Under the pieces are notes generated by a model. It was not told the origin of the DNA. It was given only the letters and a program-made list of their open reading frames with translations, and did no database searches. From Candidatus Peribacter riflensis (GTDB lineage Bacteria > Patescibacteriota > Gracilibacteria > Peribacterales > Peribacteraceae), in the NCBI GenBank assembly GCA_001430755.1, contig CP013062.1, positions 990,001 to 1,022,000 on the forward strand: a stretch of DNA of 32,000 bases, given 5' to 3'. Made by a program: the position numbers and the translations under genes. Shown one piece after another: positions 20,481 to 28,461 of this stretch. Each line of letters opens with the position of its first letter. Positions within the stretch are counted from its first letter, which is position 1.

Positions 20481-21154
20481 CCGTCCTCGTCGTCGCCGCA
20501 CATCCGGATGATGAAGTCCTCGGCTGCGGGGGAACGATGGCGCGTTTTGCGCAGGAGAAGAACGATGTGTACATCCTCATCCTCGGCGAAGGGATGACCT
20601 CCCGTTACGACAAAGCGGACACCCCTTCCGACAAATTGAAGACCCTGCACGGGCAGGCCGATGCGGCCGGCAGGATGCTTGGGGCGAAGAGCGTGACGAT
20701 CGGCACATTCCCCGACAACAGCTTCGACACGGTGCCCCTGCTCCACATCATCAAGGTGATCGAAGATGCCATCGCCAGACTCAAGCCGGAAACGGTGTTG
20801 ACCCAACACGGCGGGGATCTGAATATCGATCATGAACGCACATTCCGCGCCGTGCTCACCGCCACCCGCCCCATGAGCGGTTCTCCGGTGAAGCGCGTCT
20901 ACGCGTATGAGGTTCCCTCTTCGACGGAGTGGGCATTCCAGACCTTTGCCCCCGCTTTCCGTCCGAATACGTTCATCGATATCAGCACGACGCTCGAAAA
21001 GAAGATCGAGGCGATGGCACTCTACGAAAGCGAGAGCCGCGCGTTCCCCCATCCGCGCTCTGCCCAGTCTCTCCGCGCGCACGCCCAGTACTGGGGAAGC
21101 GTGGCGGGATTGGAGGCTGCAGAGGCCTTTGAGCTCATCCGCGAAATTCGATGA
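20477..21154 (+). CDS. PIG-L/LmbE family N-deacetylase
   Basis: 225 aa. It has the AHPDDEVLGCGG motif at the N-terminus. Confidence 0.85.
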   Translation: MTVLVVAAHPDDEVLGCGGTMARFAQEKNDVYILILGEGMTSRYDKADTPSDKLKTLHGQADAAGRMLGAKSVTIGTFPDNSFDTVPLLHIIKVIEDAIARLKPETVLTQHGGDLNIDHERTFRAVLTATRPMSGSPVKRVYAYEVPSSTEWAFQTFAPAFRPNTFIDISTTLEKKIEAMALYESESRAFPHPRSAQSLRAHAQYWGSVAGLEAAEAFELIREIR

Positions 21155-22203
21155 AGGACGCAGTGATCATCAATGGTACAAGCATCGGACCGGGACACCC
21201 CGTCTACATCGTCGCGGAACTGTCGGCGAATCACGGACAGGATTTCGACCGGGCCTGCGAGACGATCCGTGCGATGAAGGACGCAGGTGCGGACGCGGTG
21301 AAGCTGCAGACCTACACGCCGGACACGATGACGATCGACTGCGATCGCCCGGAATTCCGCGTGGGCAAGGGCTCGCTCTGGGAAGGCCGGACGCTCTACG
21401 AACTCTATGGAGAAGCGTTCACTCCTTGGGAGTGGCAGCCGAAATTGAAGGAACTCGCTGAGGAACTGGGAATGGATTGTTTCTCCACGCCGTTCGATGC
21501 AACAGCGGTGGATTTTCTGGAGCGGACGGGCATGCCGGCCTATAAGATCGCCTCGTTTGAGGTGGTCGATCTCCCGCTCATCGAACGCACCGCCAGAACG
21601 GGCAAGCCGCTGATCATTTCGACGGGCATGGCGACGGAACAGGAGATCCGCGAAGCGGTGGATTGCGCGCGCCGGTCGGGCAATGGACACATCGTCCTGC
21701 TCAAATGCACCAGCGCCTATCCGGCGGCACCCGACGAGATGAACCTGCGAACGATCCCCGACATGGCGCAGCGCTTCAATGTTCCGGTGGGGTTATCGGA
21801 TCATTCGCTCTCTCCGACGGTCCCCGCGACCGCAGTGGCATTGGGGGCCTGCCTCATCGAGAAGCACTTCTGCCTCTCTAGGAAAGAGAAGGGACCGGAC
21901 ACAGCATTCTCACTCGAGCCACAGGAGTTTCGCACCATGGTGGACGCGGTGCGAATGACGGAACGCGCTTTGGGGTCTGTCTCCTATACGCCAGGCGCGA
22001 AGGAGAAGACGAGTCTCACCTTCCGCCGATCACTCTTCGTGGTGGAAGATATCGCGGGGGGAGAGACGTTCACGGAACGGAATATTCGCTCCATCCGGCC
22101 GTCTCACGGACTGCCACCCAAGGAAATCACGCAGGTAATCGGCCGCAGAGCGAAAAAAGCACTGAAGAAGGGGACTCCCCTGTCCTGGGAGGACGTAGGG
22201 TAA
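21151..22203 (+). CDS. pseI: Pseudaminic acid synthase
   Basis: 350 aa. It has YIVAELSANHGQDFDRACETIRAMKDAGADAVKLQTY and a C-terminal SAF-like domain. Confidence 0.88.
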   Translation: MKDAVIINGTSIGPGHPVYIVAELSANHGQDFDRACETIRAMKDAGADAVKLQTYTPDTMTIDCDRPEFRVGKGSLWEGRTLYELYGEAFTPWEWQPKLKELAEELGMDCFSTPFDATAVDFLERTGMPAYKIASFEVVDLPLIERTARTGKPLIISTGMATEQEIREAVDCARRSGNGHIVLLKCTSAYPAAPDEMNLRTIPDMAQRFNVPVGLSDHSLSPTVPATAVALGACLIEKHFCLSRKEKGPDTAFSLEPQEFRTMVDAVRMTERALGSVSYTPGAKEKTSLTFRRSLFVVEDIAGGETFTERNIRSIRPSHGLPPKEITQVIGRRAKKALKKGTPLSWEDVG

Positions 22204-22235
22204 GCCTTCCTCTGCTACCATCTCTGCACAAAATC

Positions 22236-23684
22236 ATGAATATCCTCTTCAAATCTTTTGACGGCGACCCAACCGAGAGAGCCCTTCTGGAGGCCGCGTT
22301 CCGGAATACGCGTCTAGGCAACTGCATCTCGATCGCCAACGACCCTTCTGTCCTGCCCAAACTGACCGCGCAGGAACACCGGTGGATGTCCGCAGGAAAT
22401 CTGCGCTGTGGACACTATCCGGACGTGGACTGGAGCACCATTTTGCCCATCGATGAACCGCTCCTCGAAGCCATGCGCCACTGCGAGGCACAGTGTCTGC
22501 GGATGCTGGAGCGGTATGCCTTCCCGCAGGATATCCCGTTCGAGGAACGCAAGCGGCAGTATTTGCGCCACCTTCAGTACTGGAATCACGTTCTCGGGAC
22601 CGAAAAGATCGACCTCGTGCTCATGAACCATGTGCCGCACCAGTGCTACGACTACGTCATCTACCATTTGAGCAAAATGAAAGGCATCCCCGTGCTCTAC
22701 ATCGACCGCATGCTCACAACGGATTCCGTCTTCATGGTCTCGGATTGGGAGGAATCGTCTCCCGAAATCCGCGATCACTACCGGGAGGTCCGCGAGCGCT
22801 ACACGCAAACGGCGGAGCCGATCACGCTCTCGGAGAATTACGAGTATCTCTACAGCTACTACCTGCAGAAGAGGCCGACCCCGTGGTACAAACCGGGCAA
22901 AAATCCTGATTCCCGCCGCGGGTTTATATCCAAGTGGTATGGCAGAGCGGCGAAGCTGCTCTTCCGCGATCCGGCAAAATTGTTCACTGCGCTTCTTTCG
23001 CCCGAAACATGGAGACGAAAATTGGCCGAGCATCGAACATTCCAATTCTACGAACGACATGTGCAGACGCCTGACCTCTCGGCGCGGTACTTCTACTTCC
23101 CTCTGCAGTATCAGCCCGAAGCCAGCACCAATCCTGTCGCCGGCGCGTTCACGGATCAGGAACTCTCCATCCAGCTCCTCGCATCGTGCCTTCCTTCAGG
23201 GATCCGCCTCTACGTAAAGGAGCACCCTCGGCAGGGGGAACGGTGCAGGAGCGAGGATTTCTACCGGTCGCTGCTCGAAATCCCGTCCGTCACCTTCGTT
23301 CCCAAAGGTTTCGATACGTACGAACTGATGGACAAGGCGATTGCCGTCGCCTCGGGTGTCGGGACTGCGCTCTTCGAAGGCATGATCCGCCACAAGCCCG
23401 GCATCATGTTCGGTCACTACTTCTATCAGTACGCACCAGGCATCCATACGGTGCATTCCGTGGAAGATTGCCGCAGAGCGGTAGACTCCATTCTCCGGGG
23501 AGAAGGACTTCCCACTGAGTGGGATGTCCGCATGTTTCTGAAAGCCATGGATGAATGCAGCACGCCCTCCGCAGGTCTGCCTGCCCTGAGCCCTCATGAG
23601 AAACGTTCCGATGCGGAGAAGGTGGAACTTATGGGCGCCATGGTCGCCCGCAGTATCCTCACGCTTCCCGCACGCAAACAGTAA
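22236..23684 (+). CDS. Capsule-synthesis family (KpsS/KpsC-like) GT-B transferase, candidate CMP-ulosonate transferase
   Basis: 482 aa. It has FPLQYQPEAST and YVKEHPRQ (HP motif). It is a paralog of the adjacent convergent gene. Confidence 0.6.
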   Translation: MNILFKSFDGDPTERALLEAAFRNTRLGNCISIANDPSVLPKLTAQEHRWMSAGNLRCGHYPDVDWSTILPIDEPLLEAMRHCEAQCLRMLERYAFPQDIPFEERKRQYLRHLQYWNHVLGTEKIDLVLMNHVPHQCYDYVIYHLSKMKGIPVLYIDRMLTTDSVFMVSDWEESSPEIRDHYREVRERYTQTAEPITLSENYEYLYSYYLQKRPTPWYKPGKNPDSRRGFISKWYGRAAKLLFRDPAKLFTALLSPETWRRKLAEHRTFQFYERHVQTPDLSARYFYFPLQYQPEASTNPVAGAFTDQELSIQLLASCLPSGIRLYVKEHPRQGERCRSEDFYRSLLEIPSVTFVPKGFDTYELMDKAIAVASGVGTALFEGMIRHKPGIMFGHYFYQYAPGIHTVHSVEDCRRAVDSILRGEGLPTEWDVRMFLKAMDECSTPSAGLPALSPHEKRSDAEKVELMGAMVARSILTLPARKQ

Positions 23685-25151
23685 TCACGGCTGGGGAACA
23701 GTGAGCTCCCGCACGATTGCCTCCCGAAACGCATGTACGTTCTCCTCGTCGGTGATCTGCTTTTTGCGGAAGAGGAAGGGATCCAGAATCCCGTGCACGC
23801 TCGTCTCTTCCATCGCCTTGAGAAAGAGCCGGCAGCTCAAAGACGTAGGCTGTTCCCGTCCCGCAAAGATTTCCCGGATGGCGCGGCTGCAGTCCTCCTT
23901 CGTACGGACACTGAACACCCCGCGGGCAAACTGGTAGAACGTATGTCCGAAGAGCAGCACCGGCTTGCCGCGGAATAGGCCTTCGAACCCCGCGGACCCG
24001 GTACCCGTGGCAACCGCGATGCAATGCTCGCGTAATTGGAATGTATCGAATGTCCGTGGGAGGAGACGCACCTTGGGGATGGAGAGGAGTTCCTGGTAGT
24101 AGGGAATGCTGCGCTGCAGCCACCCGCTCTCCCATGGATGTTCTTTGACGTAGATGAATGCATCCGCGGGGAGAGACGCATCGAGCAGCCCTGCCATGAG
24201 GATTTGATCGGCATAGCTGCCACTGCGCGGAACCGTGGATGCCTCGGGTTGGAAGTGGAGCGGCATGTAGATGAAGGGCTTCGCCAAATCCGGCAGGACA
24301 ACGTGGGCATCGTAGAAGGCGCGCCGTGACCGCACATGGCGCCATCGTGTCCACGTGTTGAAAGCGCGCCACCATCCGCGCGGGGCGAGGTAGTCCACTC
24401 CATGCTTGAAAAAAAGTGAAGTATTGCGCCGAAGAAGATTGCAGACGGACTGCCAGTACGTGATTTTGAAGAAATCCCCCTTCTCGCCCTTGGGGCTCGA
24501 GAGGGCGGCGTAGGTGTGCTCGAAGCGCGGTTCCAGGGCAATGGAGAGAGGATCTGTCCCTTCCGGATACGTTCGCAGGAGCTCTTCGTATCGCTCCCGG
24601 AGGGCGGGCGAGGATGCACGCCAGTCGCGCTCAAGGAAACAGGTATCCTGTACCATTGCATCCGCGAACCAGAGCGTCGGGATTCCGCGGTGCTTGCAGA
24701 GCTCATAGATGAGCAGATCGGGAATTTCGTGCGGAACCCATGCCGAAAGGTAGAGATTGATACGATGACGCGTGAGAAAGTCATTCCAGAACCGCAGGTG
24801 GCGCAGGTACCAGCGCCTGCGCACATCGTAGGAAACGGATTTCTTCCACTCCAGGCGCGACACTAAATCCATGAAGACCGACTCGCACGGCCGCATGCTC
24901 TCCACAAGCTCTTCATCGAGCGGCGCAAGCGCGCTCCAATCCGTGCCACGATAATGGCATCCGCGAATTTCGGAAGAGATGAACCACCGTTGCTCCGAGG
25001 GAGGAAGACCACGCACATACTGCGGCTCCACCCCCGTCGCAATTTGCGCGACGAAGGCGAAGGAACGCTCCTTCATCACCGCTTCAATCACCGCACGGGA
25101 GTACCCCAAGGTAAAACGCCCGACGATGGCACGGATCGGTTCCTGTGGCAT
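23685..25151 (-). CDS. Capsule-synthesis family (KpsS/KpsC-like) GT-B transferase, paralog
   Basis: ORF 23685..25187 (TTG start) trimmed to the ATG at 25151 (MPQEPIRAIVG). It has MPLHFQPEAST and YVKEHPWE. By eye it is about 40% identical to 22236..23684 across the C-terminal half. Confidence 0.6.
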   Translation of the reverse strand: MPQEPIRAIVGRFTLGYSRAVIEAVMKERSFAFVAQIATGVEPQYVRGLPPSEQRWFISSEIRGCHYRGTDWSALAPLDEELVESMRPCESVFMDLVSRLEWKKSVSYDVRRRWYLRHLRFWNDFLTRHRINLYLSAWVPHEIPDLLIYELCKHRGIPTLWFADAMVQDTCFLERDWRASSPALRERYEELLRTYPEGTDPLSIALEPRFEHTYAALSSPKGEKGDFFKITYWQSVCNLLRRNTSLFFKHGVDYLAPRGWWRAFNTWTRWRHVRSRRAFYDAHVVLPDLAKPFIYMPLHFQPEASTVPRSGSYADQILMAGLLDASLPADAFIYVKEHPWESGWLQRSIPYYQELLSIPKVRLLPRTFDTFQLREHCIAVATGTGSAGFEGLFRGKPVLLFGHTFYQFARGVFSVRTKEDCSRAIREIFAGREQPTSLSCRLFLKAMEETSVHGILDPFLFRKKQITDEENVHAFREAIVRELTVPQP

Positions 25152-25158
25152 CAAAAAA

Positions 25159-25187
25159 AGTATGGCGGGAATCCGCGGCAGCAACAA
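25159..25187 (-). promoter_or_regulatory. Candidate promoter for the minus-strand KpsS-like paralog
   Basis: The minus strand reads TTGTTG-N17-CATACT. The ATG (25151) lies 7 nt after the -10 element. Confidence 0.3.
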
Positions 25188-25207
25188 GGGAGCAGAGCGT
25201 GAAAATG

Positions 25208-27022
25208 CTAAAATCTCTGCTGTTCCCAGAGAGCGAAAAAGGCACCTTTCTTCTCCAGAAGCTCCTGGAGCGTCCCCTCCTCGGTGACCTTTCCTTCCTC
25301 GAGCACCACGATCTTGTCGGCGTGCTTGATCGTGCTCAGGCGGTGCGCGATGACGATGGAGGTGCGGCCGCTCACGGCGTCATCAATCGCCTCCTGGATG
25401 AGCGATTCGGTTTTGCTGTCCAAGGAACTGGTCGCCTCATCGAGAATGAGGATCTCGGCATCCTTGAGGAGCGCGCGCGCGATGGAAACACGCTGCTTCT
25501 CACCGCCCGAGAGCTTCACCCCGCGGTCGCCGATGGGGGTCTCGAGCCCCTGTGGAAGCTTCGCGATGAAATCGGAGAGGCGTGCGCGCCTGAGCGCCTC
25601 CTGAATACGCTCTTCCGGCACATGCGAGAGTCCGTACGTGATGTTATTGCGCAGCGTATCGTGGAGAAGGAGTGTCTCCTGACTCACCAGCGCCACCCGC
25701 CGGATGTACGAGTCTAAGGTGAGCTCACGAATATCCGTTCCGTCGACGAAGAGCGATGCGGACGGGCAGTCGTAGTACCGCATGAGCAGACTGATGAGCG
25801 TGGATTTGCCCCCGCCCGTGGGCCCGACGATGGCCGTCATCTTGCCTTTCTCCACCGTGAAAGAGACGGCGTGCAGCACCTCGCGATCCGGCAGGTAGCT
25901 GAAGGTCAGATGCCTGAATGCGATGGAATCACGCAGACCGGGGAACACCGTGCTGCCGCCCCGTACGAAGTACTTGCCCTCTTCGTCGAAGATCTCGAGC
26001 ACGGCATCCAGAGGCCCACTGGCATTCGCGAGCACGCCGCGATAGCCCGAGACCGTGCCGAACTTTCCCGAGGCGTTCATGATGATGTAGAAGTACACCA
26101 AAAGCGCCGGAGCGGAGGCGATCTGCGCGCGGCCGAACACATAGAACGATCCGGCCATCACGATCGACACCACCAGGAGTGTGATGATCTCCTGCAGGGG
26201 CAGGATCATGCCGAGCAGGACGCGCACGCGAAAATCGAACTTGGCCTTCAGGTCGCTGATGCTGGTGTAGTGATCTTGTTCCTTGCGCTCGGTCTGGTAG
26301 GACTTCACGAGGGGAATCGTCGAGAGGATTTCGACGGATTTCCTGCCGAGTGCACTGCCCTGCTCCGCAATGGAACGGGAAAGACCCTTGATCCGCGTGA
26401 TCATGAACCTGATCGCAAAATGCAGGAGCACGAAGAGTGGGAGGGCGACGAGTGTGAGCTTGGACGAAATGCTGAGGAGCACGACGAGGTACACGGCCAG
26501 AGAGAAGAGTGCGCCGACGAATCCATCCAGCGCCGCCACCGGATAGAGCGCATTCTGCGAGAAGTGCAGGAGGAGCGTACTGTGGTGCCCCACGTTCGTG
26601 GTATCGAAGAAGAGCTTGCCGAAGCTTAAGTACTTCGCGAACAGCGCCTTGCGCAGATGGTGCAGACAGCGCTCCGAAAAGTACCCCATCGAGGCATTCG
26701 CGAGGAACCGCAGCGCATTCTTGAGAACATACACGGCAATGAAGCCGCCGAGAAAAACCACAAAGAGCAGACGATCGTTCGCCAGGAATGTATCGGGCAA
26801 TAACTGGAGCGCCTTGCCGAGAACTGGAATGCCAGTGGCGAACGCGAAACTCTTGTTGAGAAACCCGTTGAGAATGGGAACGAGCAGCCCCATGCCGATT
26901 CCTTCAAAGGCTGCCGCGAGCAGGCTGAAGAAGAGCGGAATCAGCAGGTAGGCCGGATGGATGCGGATTCTCTGGAGCAGGTAGAGAGTCTTCCCCACAT
27001 TCGTGCGTTCATGCTTCTGCAT
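25208..27022 (-). CDS. ABC transporter, fused permease/ATPase (MsbA/PglK-like exporter)
   Basis: 604 aa. It has an N-terminal 6-TM region, Walker A GPTGGGKST, the signature LSGGEKQR and Walker B ILILDEATS. Confidence 0.9.
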   Translation of the reverse strand: MQKHERTNVGKTLYLLQRIRIHPAYLLIPLFFSLLAAAFEGIGMGLLVPILNGFLNKSFAFATGIPVLGKALQLLPDTFLANDRLLFVVFLGGFIAVYVLKNALRFLANASMGYFSERCLHHLRKALFAKYLSFGKLFFDTTNVGHHSTLLLHFSQNALYPVAALDGFVGALFSLAVYLVVLLSISSKLTLVALPLFVLLHFAIRFMITRIKGLSRSIAEQGSALGRKSVEILSTIPLVKSYQTERKEQDHYTSISDLKAKFDFRVRVLLGMILPLQEIITLLVVSIVMAGSFYVFGRAQIASAPALLVYFYIIMNASGKFGTVSGYRGVLANASGPLDAVLEIFDEEGKYFVRGGSTVFPGLRDSIAFRHLTFSYLPDREVLHAVSFTVEKGKMTAIVGPTGGGKSTLISLLMRYYDCPSASLFVDGTDIRELTLDSYIRRVALVSQETLLLHDTLRNNITYGLSHVPEERIQEALRRARLSDFIAKLPQGLETPIGDRGVKLSGGEKQRVSIARALLKDAEILILDEATSSLDSKTESLIQEAIDDAVSGRTSIVIAHRLSTIKHADKIVVLEEGKVTEEGTLQELLEKKGAFFALWEQQRF

Positions 27023-27029
27023 CCCCTTA

Positions 27030-27058
27030 AACCTACCGGAAGGGCAGCAGGATCACAA
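27030..27058 (-). promoter_or_regulatory. Candidate promoter for the ABC transporter
   Basis: The minus strand reads TTGTGA-N17-TAGGTT. The ATG (27022) lies 7 nt after the -10 element. Confidence 0.35.
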
Positions 27059-27084
27059 GAATCGTCACGGAGAAAACCCCCTTC

Positions 27085-27156
27085 TGTCATGGTGAGCGTA
27101 GTCGAACCATGAATAGAAGATTCATGGTCAATCCTTCGACAGTGCTCAGGATGACA
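27085..27156. repeat. Compound imperfect palindrome built from two REP-like arms (TGAGC..TCGAA core)
   Basis: Nested pairings are present: tgtcat/atgaca, tgagc/gctca, gtcgaa/ttcgac and ccatgaat/attcatgg, around the loop agaag. Confidence 0.7.
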
Positions 27157-27167
27157 ACACTTCGCGC

Positions 27168-28301
27168 TCATGCATTCCCACAGAGCCGCGCATACACCTC
27201 CTGCAGCGCGACGGCAGAACCGCAGAGGGAATAATGCTTCAGAACTGCCTCACGGTACCGCTCCCCACGACGGCGGCGATCTTCGGTGGAGAGGGCAAGG
27301 AACTCCCGCACGCGGTTGGCGAGCGCGGTACTGTCGCGGAGCGGAACGACAAGAGAAGGATCGATGGGCGAGAGCACCTCTGCGACCGCGCCGGCATCGA
27401 ATGCGAAAGCGGGACGCCCGCACGCGAGCGCCTCGATGAGTGAGAGACCGAACCCTTCGTACAGGGAAGTGGAAAGCAGAACGGAGGAGCGCTGAATGAG
27501 GGATGTGATCTGCTCATCCGGCACAGTATCGAAAGACGTGACACCCTTGATCTGCCCGAGCGCCGCGCGCTGTTCATGGGAACGTTTGCCCACGTCGGCA
27601 ATGCGGATTCCCCCTTCGGCCAGGGAACGATAGACATCGAGGAGGTAGCGGAATCCCTTGCGCGGATGAATGAATGATCCGACTGCGATCACGTCGAACT
27701 CGGGTGCCCGATCAGGAACGGAAATGAAGCGCTCTCCGTCCACTCCGTTCGGCACAATGGAAATTTTATCGGCGGGAACGCCGAAGTCGCTGACCAATCG
27801 GTCGCGAACGGTCGCAGAAACCGTCATCAGCTTCGGGAGCGAACGGCAGAGACGGCGCTGCCAACGTGCGGGAAAGAAATACTTGAGCTTCCACAACATC
27901 CGCTCGCAGGAGGATGTTTCTTGGGTCGCCACTTCCCGGTCCGCCGTGACGGGATGGTGGATTGCGTAGAGAACGGGGACGCCGGTCTGCGGCAACTGGC
28001 AAAACTGCGGGCCGAGGACCTGGTTGAGATGAAGAACATCGAATTCTTTCCAGAACGCGTGCCCGACCGGATACGTCTTCAGCACCGCGCGCGCAAACCG
28101 CCAGTCGGCAAAGCCGTAGTAGTAGGAACCGAGACGCTCGTGGAGCTCGATGACCTGCACATTCGCGGGGAGCGGAGCACCAGGAGGGAGCACTCTGCTC
28201 GTGAGCACGGTGAATTGAACATCCGGCAAGGCAGCAAAGAGCGGGAGGTGGTTGCCTCCTTTATAAACATCCAGAAACGGAACCAGAACGCAGACGCGCA
28301 T
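27168..28301 (-). CDS. Glycosyltransferase family 4 (GT-B)
   Basis: 377 aa. It has the C-terminal motif EGFGLSLIEALACGRP. Confidence 0.85.
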   Translation of the reverse strand: MRVCVLVPFLDVYKGGNHLPLFAALPDVQFTVLTSRVLPPGAPLPANVQVIELHERLGSYYYGFADWRFARAVLKTYPVGHAFWKEFDVLHLNQVLGPQFCQLPQTGVPVLYAIHHPVTADREVATQETSSCERMLWKLKYFFPARWQRRLCRSLPKLMTVSATVRDRLVSDFGVPADKISIVPNGVDGERFISVPDRAPEFDVIAVGSFIHPRKGFRYLLDVYRSLAEGGIRIADVGKRSHEQRAALGQIKGVTSFDTVPDEQITSLIQRSSVLLSTSLYEGFGLSLIEALACGRPAFAFDAGAVAEVLSPIDPSLVVPLRDSTALANRVREFLALSTEDRRRRGERYREAVLKHYSLCGSAVALQEVYARLCGNA

Positions 28302-28382
28302 GAGAGTATGGTAACGGATATCTGGAGGTTTGCGGGGTATTTCCCGCCGGGGATGGGGAGTACTGGAGTAACGGTATGACGG

Positions 28383-28451
28383 TATATCAGAATATCAGTA
28401 CCCCAATAAAGGGATACAGGTACTGATAACTGATACTCTGATATTCTGATA
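28383..28451. repeat. Hexamer array with 2x TATCAG facing 4x CTGATA
   Basis: TATCAG occurs at 28385 and 28393. CTGATA occurs at 28423, 28430, 28438 and 28446. The exact 14-bp inverted repeat tatcagaatatcag/ctgatattctgata and a 10-bp hairpin tatcagtacc/ggtactgata are present. Confidence 0.8.
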
Positions 28452-28461
28452 CTCTTGCCGC

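Noticed and set aside
14655-22203. An alternative genetic code (UGA recoded as Gly), as in some candidate-phylum bacteria.
   Set aside because: TGA terminates at least nine well-delimited genes here (the ATGA junctions), and protein lengths match their families. The standard bacterial code fits.
28383-28451. The TATCAG/CTGATA array considered as a CRISPR array.
   Set aside because: The repeat unit is only 6 nt with 1-2 nt spacers and the units are in inverted orientation. There are no spacers of 25-40 nt and no cas genes.
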